The notes under the pieces are model-generated. The model was not told the origin of the DNA. It saw nothing but the letters and a program-made list of their open reading frames with translations, and did no database searches. A program made the translations under genes and the position numbers. Below are positions 1 to 11,436 of a stretch of 64,000 nt of DNA, piece after piece (positions within the stretch are counted from its first letter, which is position 1; the number at the start of each line of letters is the position of its first letter). This DNA is from Catajapyx aquilonaris (Eukaryota), in the NCBI GenBank assembly GCA_000934665.2, contig KZ538493.1, positions 1 to 64,000 of the forward strand, in the 5' to 3' direction.

Positions 1-181
1 ACAGCAACAGCAGCTTAGAATAACTGGTTGTTTTTTTTTTCTTCTGGTGCAAAGTCAAAGCAATGTTAACGAGTAATCGTGTCACACATCCACCTTATAT
101 AAATCACTACAAAATTTTGTAAGTGATTTATATAAGCGTGGGAGGAAGCTTAAACTGATTCTAATTCATTTGTATCCAAAG

Positions 182-919
182 AGCCACCTGCCCTCCAGGG
201 ACCCTCTTCAATGTGGAATCTGCAACAAGACTTTCAACATTCCGTCTGCTCTGGTAGAATGTGTCAAATCGCATGCAGTTCGAGTTGAAGAAGAAGAGGT
301 GGTTATGCAGTCTTCTCAGTCAGAACAACAAAACAGCTTTGTGGTGCAGGGAGAATCCTCTGGGAGAAGTGCAACTCCAGAGCATCTCCAGGCAAATGAG
401 AATGAGAGGACCGTATTAAGATGCAAGAGGAGAAGAAAGGGAGAGAAAAGGACTACAAAACATGCAACTTTCTGTTGCAAATTCTGTACATATTCTACTG
501 TTGAAAAGAAAGAGTTTGTTTCTCACCAGCTGACCCATTCAGCACATGGTAAGGTCCATTTAGGAGTGAGTAAATCAAAATTTTACTGCAAATTGTGTGG
601 TGCCAGCTTCACCACCAATTATCATCGATCTCATCACATGAAAACTGTTCACCTTGGGTTAAGACCTTATGAGTGTGAAGTGTGTGGGATGGCTTTCAGC
701 CAATCAAGTCATCTGAAGCGCCACAGAATGGTCCACACAGGTGAGAAACCATTCAGTTGTCACTTGTGCCTTCAATGCTGTGGAACAAAATCTGATTTGA
801 GGAAGCATCTCCGCATACATACAGGAGAAAAGCCATATTCATGCCAATTTTGCAATTGTAAGTTCAAGGATAATTCTTCCATGAATAAGCATTTGCGAAG
901 ATATCATGCCCCAACGTGA
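182..919 (+). CDS. Terminal exon of a coiled-coil/C2H2 zinc-finger family gene (upstream exons outside the window)
   Basis: Phase-0 acceptor ccaaag|AGC at 181/182. Encodes a CxxC-x12-C-x3-H finger, one isolated C2H2 and four tandem C2H2 with HTGEKP-type linkers; stop at 917-919. Paralogous to exons at 7964, 15053, 18072, 59915 and 62590. Confidence 0.9.
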   Translation, partial: SHLPSRDPLQCGICNKTFNIPSALVECVKSHAVRVEEEEVVMQSSQSEQQNSFVVQGESSGRSATPEHLQANENERTVLRCKRRRKGEKRTTKHATFCCKFCTYSTVEKKEFVSHQLTHSAHGKVHLGVSKSKFYCKLCGASFTTNYHRSHHMKTVHLGLRPYECEVCGMAFSQSSHLKRHRMVHTGEKPFSCHLCLQCCGTKSDLRKHLRIHTGEKPYSCQFCNCKFKDNSSMNKHLRRYHAPT

Positions 920-1933
920 ACCTCACTCAATCCTGAGGTATCAGGGGACATTCCGTGGAAGAAAGTTTTGTGTGGTTTTTGAGTTGTTACAGAAGTTTCA
1001 GGGTATGAGAAATTACATTCCACTACTGCTATGGTATTTTACTACTCACAGTCAGAAGCAACTTTAGTTTTTTGTTTTATTTAAACTATTGCAACAGGAA
1101 GTTTGATATACTCAGTTCATTATGACCTAGCTGTGTCAAGATGTAGCCTACGGAACAATGCCCTGCACATGCAGAAGAATGAAATGCAAGTTAAATGCAA
1201 CACCAGGACGACCTGAGCCTGAGAAAAGACTTGGATGTGTGTTATGTACTGTGTAAATGATGGTGATGGACGAGTTGCTGAGAAAAATTTTCAGGGAACA
1301 TTATTTGTTTGTGATTTCACTGATTTGTATGAAAGTCTATTTTAGGGGCGGAGGCCCCTAAGTAAGACCGTGCAACAATTTTGAACAATGCATTTTTTCA
1401 ACATCTTCTTGTTGTTCTTGTTGTGACGCTTTTTTTATTCGCTCTAACTCAAGTTCTGCTGTAGGTAGAGTTCCTAATTTCCTAGAGATCCCTACCGTCG
1501 TGAAATGCATTCCTACCATTTGCAGCTAAACTCAATTCCTCTTCAAAACGCCGCAAAAAAATTAAAAACCACGTAAAACACGTTTCTATTTTTTTTACTC
1601 AATAACTATTTGGAATTTGGTTTCTTCATCAAAGGGCCGAATGCGCAGTAGGATGGTGCGGATCTATGTTCAAAACCTCGCAGTTCCACCTGCTGCAGGA
1701 TTTAAGTTATGATTTTTTTCCCAAATTTTTTTCAGTAAAATACTTCATTTGTTCATGATTCCATCACCTAGCAATGTCAATTCTTATTTACACCTCGCCA
1801 TATTGTTAGCGAAATGTTACCCGGCTGCCTGCCGCTGCTCTGGGGTGAACGGATAATTGTACTTATTACAGTTGAATCCAGATGTAACAGCCTCAGCTAT
1901 AACTATACAGACTTTTGGTTATGAAGGCCTGGG

Positions 1934-2855
1934 CAAAGAGCTTATACTAGGAAGAGTGGAAAAAACAGCTGGTAGCATAGCAACCGTGTCGCCAATCGAC
2001 TGACCTGCCACCTGGCGAGTCGACAGCGAAACTCGATACTGTATTGTACAATACGGTAGATAGAGGCAGTGCCGGAAATATGGCAATAAAAGCCCCAGAG
2101 GTTGGAAATAAGCTGTAAGCACTCGTATACTCTCGTTGGTGTAAAAATTGACGACAAAACACGATGTAGAACACCTGTGAATAAAATACCATCACGAAAA
2201 GCAAATTGTTTGCCAGAAGTTTATTATTGCCAATACAATAATCCCACACTCTGCGCTATACAATACACACCACGGTAGGCTACTGTACACACTGGTCATG
2301 ATGCTGAACGTGGTGGATGTACCCCCCGCTGCTATGTCCATCTTGTGGCGGGACGGGCTTGTTGTTCTTCTACCGTGAACTCGAGAGCCGTGGAGGGTCC
2401 TTTGGTAATGAAAAGAATGCGATCCGAGACCCCGTGCGCGAACAGCAGTAGTAGCACTCGGCACCCACCCCCCGACCGTCTACGCTCCACTATGCCGGCC
2501 TTGGAACTAGTTCCATTTCAAAATTCGAACGTGATTTCTAAGCAACGAGGTGATTATTTGGATTGTTAGGTGCAGGGTGGCTAGCTGCGTCGAATATCAG
2601 TTTCGGGTCCAAAATTAGTGCCTTAACCGCATACGACCTCATATTGGTCAGTTTTTAGATTTATAACTCTTAATTATGTGCCTCTTGATATTAAATCAAC
2701 ACAGTTTATTGAAATTCCTCTCGACAGCACTCGACGGTGCCGCCTAGTGGCGCCGCGTAGTGAGCCAACAGCAAAACACGTTGGCCAAACAACTGGCCAA
2801 AAAGTGGCGACGCTTGGAAACCGTTTTTTCCACTCTTCCTAGTATAAGCTCTTTG
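1934..2855. mobile_element. Non-autonomous DNA transposon (P-like or hAT-like MITE)
   Basis: 33-bp TIR CAAAGAGCTTATACTAGGAAGAGTGGAAAAAAC at both ends; perfect 8-bp TSD GGCCTGGG at 1926-1933 and 2856-2863. Confidence 0.85.
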
Positions 2856-2869
2856 GGCCTGGGCTTCGT

Positions 2870-4230
2870 TTCAGTTTAGGTCCGCAAAAACTTTCCAGTT
2901 TTCTATACATTTCCCGAATCTACTCGATGAGCTGAGTCGAATGACACTATTCCTAGAGTGCGGAAATGCTTGGTTCAAGAGTAATTGAAATTTGAAATTG
3001 CAAGTAATAACAATGAATTAAATGAAAGTAAACAAGTGTTCCTTTGTTGAGACTGTTCACTCCCATTGTTGCGTGAGGTGATTATCCGTGGAAACGTGAG
3101 AGATTCCATGGAAACGTGCTGTGATGGACAAAGAGTTCGGCGATATTATATATACACCTAGAGGAGGTACTCGGCCTGAAATGTGAGGCAGGCAACAATG
3201 CAGGCAACAATATGACCTCCAACAAGATGGCGGACGCCTGACATTATTGAACTAATTGTCGCCCAGTTGTCATTATTGGTTGTAGTCCCAGTTGCTAGAC
3301 AACTGTTAGAACAACAATATGACCTCCAACAAGATGGCGGCTGCCTCAGCCTGTCCAATGGAAAAGGATAGGGAGTACCTCCTCTAGGTATTATATTATA
3401 TAGCAGAACTCTTTGGTGATGGATGCTGAATGATGTAAATAAATGGTTGTTCTTGGTTCGTTGCTGGTTCGTTGGACATAGAACGAGAGTGTAGGAGTTT
3501 AATTTAACATCATTCAGAAGCGTCCATGGCCGAGGCATTGCATATCGGTGCTTATCAGGAATAATCGGGCAAGCCTTCCTGGAAGTAATGAGGGAGGTTG
3601 CTTGGTATCTCCTGGGCCACTGCTCGAGGCCTCTTGCCCGCCAACAAGTGTTGCTGTAAAATGAATCCTAAGCTTTTTTTAATTACTCAAGGCATGCGCC
3701 ACTCTGATTGTGTTGGTGTTATCTGTGAGGCGTTGGAGTGACCGCAACCAGTACTGTCCATCTTGTGGCCCTGCCAGGCACGGTACGTCGCCTGTGCGTG
3801 ATATTTTTAGTTTTTGCCGAGCGATAGCGGAGCTGGGCGCTTATTGTGGGCTTCTGTATCCGCAACATTTACTGTCCGTCTTGTGGCACCGCAGGCCAAC
3901 GAACGTTATTGTGGCTTTGCCACATCCACATCCGCAACACCCACATCTACGCCACCACAAGGCGGACAGTATTTCTGCGAACACACAACCCCCAAACTAC
4001 GTTTAAAATTACCATGGATATTCATTCACTCAACAATGGGAGTAAACTGTTTCAACAAAGGAACACTTGTTTATTTTCATTTATTCATTGTTATTACTTG
4101 CAATTTCAAAATTCAATTACTCTTGCACCAAGCATTTCCGCACACTAGGAATAGTGTCATTCGACTCATCTCATCGAGTAGATTCAGAAAATATATAGAA
4201 ACCTGGAAGACTTTTGCGGCTCTAAACTGC
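2870..4230. mobile_element. Non-autonomous element with about 220-bp terminal inverted repeats
   Basis: About 2870-3092 is the imperfect reverse complement of about 4012-4230 (e.g. gaatctactcgatgagctgagtcgaatgacactattcctag / ctaggaatagtgtcattcgactcatctcatcgagtagattc). Exact termini are uncertain. Confidence 0.7.
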
Positions 4231-4790
4231 ACCCTTACCGGCCTGTCCCGGCATGCTTCCATAATAAGGCCCTGGCTGCTATTTCACTCCTGATTAACGG
4301 ACTCGATTTCACCTCACCTCGGGTAGAGCACACCATTTCTTGGCCCTCGGTGGGAAAATAGAGTTTTTCAAGTACAAAAAAGTTGCACAGAGGAGACGGC
4401 AGAAGAAAATTTCGGATATTTTATTGGTCCTTCATCATTTTCGGGTGAGCTATAATATTACATTTTTGACAGATTTCAGTAATCGGTATGTATAGTCTTG
4501 TAGTAGTGCATATTGCAGCCATATTGAAAGCAGAAATCACTGTTTTCATTGGGTGACTTGGCTATAACAGACCTCGGTTATAACAAGTTACTGAGCATTT
4601 GCAAGGCATTTGTTAGTGATTTCACTGATTTGTATGGGAAAAATGTGTCTATTCAAATGCACATGTCATGGATTTCTCCAGCCCACACTGAAGAGTTTTA
4701 TCTATATTTTAATTAATGCCCCTTTTTGTCAATCCCTTGATCAGCAATGTAAATTCCAAATTCGAACGGTTCCTTGGAGGCAACGTGGCG

Positions 4791-4816
4791 TCGATCCGAA
4801 TGCGCCCAACATGGCG
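4791..4816 (+). promoter_or_regulatory. Family promoter motif TCGATCCGAATGCGCCCAACATGGCG (contains a YY1/Pho-like AACATGGCG)
   Basis: Identical copy at 16522-16547 and near-identical reverse copy at 61636-61660, each 105-145 bp upstream of a coiled-coil start codon. Degenerate versions at about 19115-19186 and 57808-57840. Confidence 0.6.
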
Positions 4817-4957
4817 TGTGCTTAGTTCTGGTTTTCTCTTCCTTTTCCTTTCTTTCTTCTCTCCTCTGAACTCATCCCATAGCTTCGTTTCCTCTCTTCC
4901 CGGCCTCTGGACAGGCTGAATCTCTGCAGTACCACTTGTCGGAATTGGTGGGGAGAC

Positions 4958-7900
4958 ATGGCCACCCAAGGACACAACTTGTTGCCCCACATTGTGTCCC
5001 TCCTGGAGCGAAGCCTGACTCAGTCGGACAGGATTGAGAGGACCATGGCAGAGGTGGACAGGAGGATGGGTCAGATGGACAGGAGGATGACTGAGATGGA
5101 CCAAAGGATGGCCAGGATAGAAGGGTTCATCCTGAAGGAACAGGAGGAGAAAGGGAGGAAGAAGAGGAGGAGGAGGACTTCTCATGAAGAAGGTTTGGTG
5201 AAATATTCAAGCCCTATCTATGCCCATTGCATTTGTGGGAACATATACAATACTGTTGCTCTCTGTTCCCTACAGAACTGCGTCATGAAAGAAGCTCTGA
5301 TGTATCTATCGAAGATCATCAGTCAGAGCAGCATGTACATCAAGGGACGTCTGCAAGTTTTGATCTACTTGGAGGGAATGGAGGGCGGGCCGAAGGACAA
5401 GTAAACACTTTGGAGGTAGAGGTGAGCTGTACATGCATTTCTGGTCAGCAGAACACCATCCGACTATTCATTATTATTATTATGGAACCAATAACTCGAA
5501 CACAATGTATGGTGGGCGAATATATGCACAGTGGGTGAATTGCCATGGGGTGAACGTGTATCGGGCAAGTCGTTACAGAACCTAACCAGAATAATCACGA
5601 TCTTTCAGGTTCTTGTTAACATTCAATCATTGAAAGTAACTTCCCATACAATAAAGTATGTGCTGCCAAACATAGCAAGGTTCCTGGCATCAAATTGTTT
5701 CATATTAGGGAATTGCCAGGGAAAATAAATATGTGCAAAACTTTGAAATTCCAATGATCTTTGTACTTATTCCTGAGAGCAGAGTTTACACCAGGTTTAC
5801 AGTGCATTTCAATGGACTCCAGCTGATATTCATCACTTTTCTGACTGACATCACATGAGAATGGAGAGGCAAACAGCTCAAAATCTTTCTCACACAATTT
5901 GAAAGTCTCTCATTTCGAATTCAGTAATTAACATTGCAATTTTTTTTTTTCATAAGCATTGAAATTAAGTTCCCAGTCCTTGTGCATGTGACATTTGGGA
6001 ATCTCAGAAGCTACATTTTTCAAGACTTCCCCACTTAACCCATGCTGGCATAGCCATATAAAGGAATTGGTTCCTTTTCCATTACGAAATCGGTCGATAT
6101 GTTGGCAATTGTCAGCTTGTTGGAATAGGGCCATGGGCTGGAAATACGCTGCCCGCAGGCCGCTTGTTTGAGACCTCTGGGGTAGAGCATTTCGTACCCA
6201 TTGTACCCAGTGAGGGTTCCTCTGTGTCCCGAAACTGCTTCACCCATCTTTCTGATGCTGTGATTGTCAGGGGCTTTGTCGTGGCGTCCCAGCCCAAAAT
6301 GGTGACAAAAGATCCCTTGTACAGTTATGGGCAGCTCTATTTTTAAAATACATCTCCATGACGAATGGATGGTGTTCAGTTGACCATGAAGCCATATTTG
6401 TAAATGGCACATCTTTCCTACTCCTGCACATGCCCATATCCTGCGCATGCACAAACTACACCACTGTACCACGTGAATCAAATCCTGCTATACAGGGTGA
6501 AGGGAAACTCATGAAAAATGGCCAGGTAGACTCATAGTACTCCCAAAACTAATATAGGGACGTGCAATTAGTTTTGGGCTCCTTTAAAGTGTAGAGGGCC
6601 GGATGGTAAAATATGAGGTAAAAACAACAAAGTACATGGGTGTTGTACCTGGATTTTCACTCTGATGTCATTTGATCACCTCTGCACATGGACAATATGT
6701 TATTGACCCAAGCCCGGATTGTTCGGAGGCCCTCGAGCTGGCTTTTGCTTCTGTAAAGCTAGCAGAACCGATGTGGTGTCATGAAACTTTGACTGCGTCG
6801 TTCGCATTAACTATGCAACGGTGCCCAAAACTAATTGCACATACCTATATTAGATTTACGAGTACTATCAGTTTACCTGGCGATTGTCAGGGAGTTTCCC
6901 TTCACCCTGTATATTTTGCCTAACTCTGGTACTTATGCTTGATGCAATGTAAAGGCATTTTTCTGCCATAAATTGTAACTAATGAAGTTGTTTTCCTTCA
7001 GGGAAACTGGAAGCAGGAGATGACTGAATTATTGACAGAACCAAATGAAGGAAGAAGGGGTGATATTATTTGCTGCATAAGTGAAATCTCATCCCTCTAC
7101 CAGAGTAATGAAGTGGGTGATTCCTTCAATGGACAATCGGAATTGCTTGTGTCTGGGCATCAGGATGTGAGTGTATTGCATTAGAACAACTACAGTATGC
7201 ACGGTTACTTGCATGCTGCATGTCAGAGAAATATTGTGGCTGAGAGGGAATTGTTGTTACTGCAAAGCATGATGTGCTCTCGTGACACAGTCAAGCTGCC
7301 AAAAGTGTGACACAAAAGCAACAACAGCTTAGAGTAACTGGTCTTGGGGGGGAAAGCCAACTCAATTTTAATATCTCTAATTCAGATAAGTAAGTTAATC
7401 AAGTAAAGCATCCACCTGGGGAGGCGGAGTGGTGCTGCGGTAACGTATGCGCCCACGCATGTTAAGGTCCCGGGTTCGATCCCTGCCCGGGAACACCCCC
7501 TTTATCTCGTGCAGAGTTCATTGGGTCACCTCTGGCTTCGTCTCGGGTGGTATTTCCTACAGACTAAACCACCCGGGGTAGTTCACTAAAAATGGCCACA
7601 TAAAGACATTGCACTGCACCGTCCACATCCCCTCCTGTCATCCTGCCCGTGCGCCCGGGTGTTACGTATAAAGGTTCCGATGTAAGTATGAGTATATAAA
7701 ATAAACGTCCGTGCTATATACCTCAGATGAGGTCAAGCACTACCTGGATTATTATTATAATTATAATTATAAGTAAAGCATCCATCTTTTCTTAATTACC
7801 ACAACCCACTCTGACCTGCATGGGGAGGACAGAGCATAGCCCATTGTCTCTACACATGTTGATTTGTTACTTTCTTATAGTTTGCACCTGAATTTTGCAT

Positions 7901-8710
7901 GCTGGTTTAGGGAGATAAAATGTGTTTTGGCCGGAGTTAATTTTTATCAATTTCTTTCCAAAGAACCAGCTGCCATCCAAGGACCCTTTTCAATGTGGCA
8001 TCTGCAACAAGACTTTCAACATTCCGTCTGCTCTGGAAGAATGTGTCAAGTCGCATGCAGTGAGAGTTGAAGAGAAAGAGGAGGTTTTACAGGCTTGGTC
8101 AGGACAACAAAACAGCTCTGTGGTCCAGGGAAATTCATCTGGAAGAAGTGTATCTCCAAAGCTTCTCCAGGAAAATGAGACTGAGAGGACCCTATTAAGA
8201 TGCAGAAGGAAAGAAAAGGGAGGGAAAGGGGCTGCGAAACCTGCATCGTTCTCTTGCAAACTGTGTTCATATGCTACCAGTGAAAAAGTGGAATTTGCTT
8301 CTCATCAGTTGGTCCATTCAGCACATGGTAAGGTTAATAAAGGAGGGAGTAAATCAAAATTTTCCTGCAAATTGTGTGGTGCCATCTTCACCACCAAATC
8401 TGGTCAGTCTGTTCATATGAAAGCTGTTCACCTTGGATTAAAGCCTTACCAGTGTGAGGTGTGTGGAATGGCATTTACCTCTCCGTTTAATAGGAAAAGG
8501 CACAGCATGGTCCACGCAGGTGAAAAACTATTCAGTTGTCACGTGTGCCTTAAATGCTGTGGAACAAAATCTGAGTTGACTAGGCATATGCGCATACATA
8601 CAGGAGAAAAGCCATATTCTTGCCAATTTTGCGATCATAAGTGCAGCGATCAGTCTAACATGAGTAAGCATGTGCTACGATGCCGCAATTTGAGCCATAC
8701 TCAATCCTGA
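4958..8710 (+). CDS. Complete 4-exon coiled-coil + C2H2 zinc-finger protein
   Basis: Exons 4958-5192 (MATQGHNLLPHIVSLLERSL... coiled coil, phase 1), 5276-5421 (phase 0), 7002-7166 (phase 0) and 7964-8710 (zinc fingers). All introns are GT-AG and the frame is continuous. The last finger ends H-x3-C. Confidence 0.85.
5600..6179 (-). mobile_element. Degenerate hAT (Charlie/Spin, GTF2IRD2-like) transposon remnant in intron 2
   Basis: Minus-strand fragments FELFASPFSCDV...YQLESIEM and FPNMKQFDARNLAMFGSTY resemble the hAT C-terminal dimerisation region. A CAGAGGTCTCAAAC terminus lies at 6166-6179. Stops and frameshifts are present. Confidence 0.65.
6493..6909. mobile_element. Tc1/mariner-type MITE
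   Basis: TA-flanked, termini CAGGGTGAAGGGAAACTC...GAGTTTCCCTTCACCCTG, with about 90-bp imperfect inverted arms. Confidence 0.8.
7418..7770 (+). mobile_element. tRNA-derived SINE
   Basis: Pol III A-box-like TGGTGCTGCGG and B-box GGTTCGATCCC; (ATT)n tail; 17-bp TSD AAGTAAAGCATCCA[C/T]CT at 7401-7417 and 7771-7787. Homologous to the copy at 9568-9910. Confidence 0.85.
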
Positions 8711-9290
8711 GGTATCAGGGGACATTTCTTGGAATTTTTTTTTCTTTGAGTTTTTGTGTGGATTTCTCCAGCCCACATTGAAGAGTTTTCACTAATTTTT
8801 CAATATCACATTAACACAATCAGGTGCACACTCTTATATTGACAGTTTACATTCCGGGTTAGAGATTGTTATCTCTCCCTCTTCATGTGAATAAACCTTT
8901 TGATCATATTAGAACACATTAACCTGTTTGGTGACATGGTTGTCTATTGAATGAAGCTCAAGTGATGTTATGGTCGTTGTTAAGGTATGGCACACCCATT
9001 CTGGTTCCCAGGAAGGTTTTTTCTTCGATTCTAAACCTGGTATAGTGAAAATAATTGCTGAAGAATGAGACTTGAGTCTTAATTCATACAGAAGTGCAGT
9101 AAAATCTCGATATAACCCTCCCGCATATAATGCCATCCCGCTTTTCATGCCCTTTTTGTCAATCCCTTGATGGGCAATGTCAATTTTTCTGCTTACAAGA
9201 CAGTGGGTGGAATTTTTGTCGTACTATTACTTACTATTAACTTAGCAGCACCAGTGTAATGCAATGATACAGCTAAGTTAAAAGTAACTA

Positions 9291-10646
9291 CAGGGTGGAC
9301 GGAAAGTTTCGGACCCCCCCCCCAANCCCCCCAGGTTTTTTAACCCTACTTTTCACAGCGTCTTTTCACATCTTTTAAAAGTCCACAGGCAGTTCTAATG
9401 TACACTATCTTTTGAAGCGTAATCTTGAGAACATCTGAGCACCTTCGCTCTCGCAATATATTCCATTAATAATTTCGCCTCTGTGACTCATCTAAACATC
9501 CTATCTGTTTTGCGTTTATTTTGCTTGTTGCCTTGGAGGACCCCTGGTCATATTCTGCGTCAGATAATTGGGTTTTTAGTGCACCGCCCTAGGGCATCGG
9601 CACAGTACCTTTATTTATGCTTAAATTTGTACAAGCTTGATACAGTTGGTCCTTTTGCCGTAACGCCCGGGTACCGCGAGCGATAGGGAGGATGACAGGA
9701 GGGGATGTGCAAGTGCAGTGCAATGACATATGTGGTCATTTTGTGAGCTCCCCTGGGTGGTTTAGTCTATAGGAAATACCACCCGAGACGAAGTCATAGA
9801 TGGCCCTAAACTCTGCACGAGATGAAGGGGGTGTCCCCGGGCTGGGATCGAACCCGGGACCTTAACATCCGTGGGCGCGCACGTTACCGCGGCGCCACTC
9901 AGTCTCCCCCATTCTGCGTCAGATAAGGTTTTTATGACCCTTTTCCATGAGTTCCCCTTCATGCAAATGTTGTGAACTCACTCCTGACCTTATTTTTCGC
10001 ATTGGTCCATAACCTGGTCCGATAAATATTTGAAAAGGAATGCATTAAATGGCGGACCCGGATGCATTACTTTCGAATTCTCACATTGGTACCATCACAT
10101 TTGTCTCCATTTTTACTTTCAAATTATTTTTTGGTGTGAAAGGACGTGAACGAACGGCTGTGTCATGTTGATTAATTTACCAAGGTAGGACTGTTTACTG
10201 TCCTTTCCCACCAAAAATTATTTGAAAGTAAAAATGGAGACAAATGTGATGGTACCAATTTGAAAGTAATGCATCCGGGTCCCCCATTTCATGCATTCCT
10301 TTTCAAATTTTTATTGGACCAGGTTATGGACCAATGCGAAAAATAAGGTCAGGAGTGAGTTCACAACATTTGCATGAAGGGGAACTCATGGAAAAGGGTC
10401 ATAAAAACCTTATCTGACGCAACAAGCAAAATAAACGCAAAACAGATAGGATGTTTAGATGAGTCACAGAGGCGAAGTTATTAATGGATTTGCGAGAGCG
10501 AAGGTGCTCAGATGTTCTCAAGATTATTATGCTTCAAAAGATAGTGTACATTAGAACTGCTTGTGGACTTTTAAAATATGTAAAAAGACGCTGTGAAAAT
10601 TAGGGTTTAAAAACCTGGGGGGGGCCGAAACTTTCCGTCCACCCTG
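9291..10646. mobile_element. Foldback Tc1/mariner-type MITE with about 460-bp inverted arms
   Basis: TA TSD at 9289-90 and 10647-48; termini CAGGGTGGACGGAAAGTTTCGG...CCGAAACTTTCCGTCCACCCTG; the arms are near-identical around a loop of about 40 bp at about 10151-10192. Confidence 0.9.
9568..9910 (-). mobile_element. tRNA-derived SINE inserted in the foldback MITE
   Basis: Perfect 16-bp TSD ATTCTGCGTCAGATAA at 9552-9567 and 9911-9926; B-box GGTTCGATCCC on the minus strand; homologous to 7418-7770. Confidence 0.9.
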
Positions 10647-11436
10647 TAGTAGAACGACGAAAATTCCGCCCTTTCACACTTATACCTCTTGATATCCCTA
10701 ATACCCAGACATATGTACTTAATCCACATATTTAATGCCAAAAGATGCATCGCAACACCTAGTTTGAAGTTCACCTTGCCAGTCTGATATTCGGTTTGGG
10801 GATCGAGAAGCCGTCCAGGGCGGAGTGGTGGAGAAGACGGGGCTAAGGAGTGATGTGGCAATAGCAGAAAAGGCTGAGCTGACAGCGAGCTGATACTTGC
10901 TGCGTCCCATTGGGATGTGGCTTGAGACCTAAGAGGGACTGGCAGAGGAACTCAAAAGTAGGCCAGCAATATGGGAATATGAGAAGTTGACAATAACAAT
11001 CAATACCTTTTTTTCCCATACACTTTGAATGTATACATGATGTACGTATGAGGATCTTTGTGGGATGGTATGGTCGCCAAAACTGCGAACTGTGACCCTA
11101 ATTAGTCACTATTATTTTGGGCACATCAGGGGACGGGGGATATTTTTGGTGTCTATGTGGTACATGTGCAGGTCAGGTCAGGTGAATGTGGTGTATTGGC
11201 ATCTATCTACGTAGCAATCAGTGAATGCAGACATTTTTTGAGAAAAGGGTGAATTAAATAGCATTTCCCGCTTATAACGCTACTTTATTTGGGCCAGTCC
11301 CTTGAAGGATGTTATACCAAGGTTTTACTTCCTTGCCTCAGGGTACAAGTGTTGGATTGGATTACTTGTGCATCCTGCAATGTAAAGACATTGTGATGCT
11401 TCACTAATCAAAACCAATGAAATGATTTTACTTCAG

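Larger units (their letters stand above)
9205..10671. mobile_element. Short palindromic MITE (about 115 bp) split by the 9291-10646 insertion
   Basis: Halves gggtggaatttttgtcgtact...aagtaacTA and TAgtagaacgacgaaaattccgccc rejoin to match intact family copies at about 27487-27597, 54107-54208 and 13407-13530. Confidence 0.75.

Noticed and set aside
3158..4293. ORFs of 98-159 aa inside the TIR element
   Set aside because: No recognisable transposase or other motif; they overlap inverted repeats and internal duplications.
4976..5005. LPHIVSL as an ATF7IP-FN3-binding motif (MBD1 I-x-x-I-x-S-L-like)
   Set aside because: Not conserved in the other heads (LAYVVTL, LRVIYKM, WDRMLSF) and it lies in a predicted helix; too weak to claim.
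7418..7495. Possible tRNA genes here and at about 9830-9910, 14185-14260 and 58510-58590
   Set aside because: A/B boxes are present, but there is no closing acceptor stem and each continues into a SINE body, in some cases with a tail and TSD.
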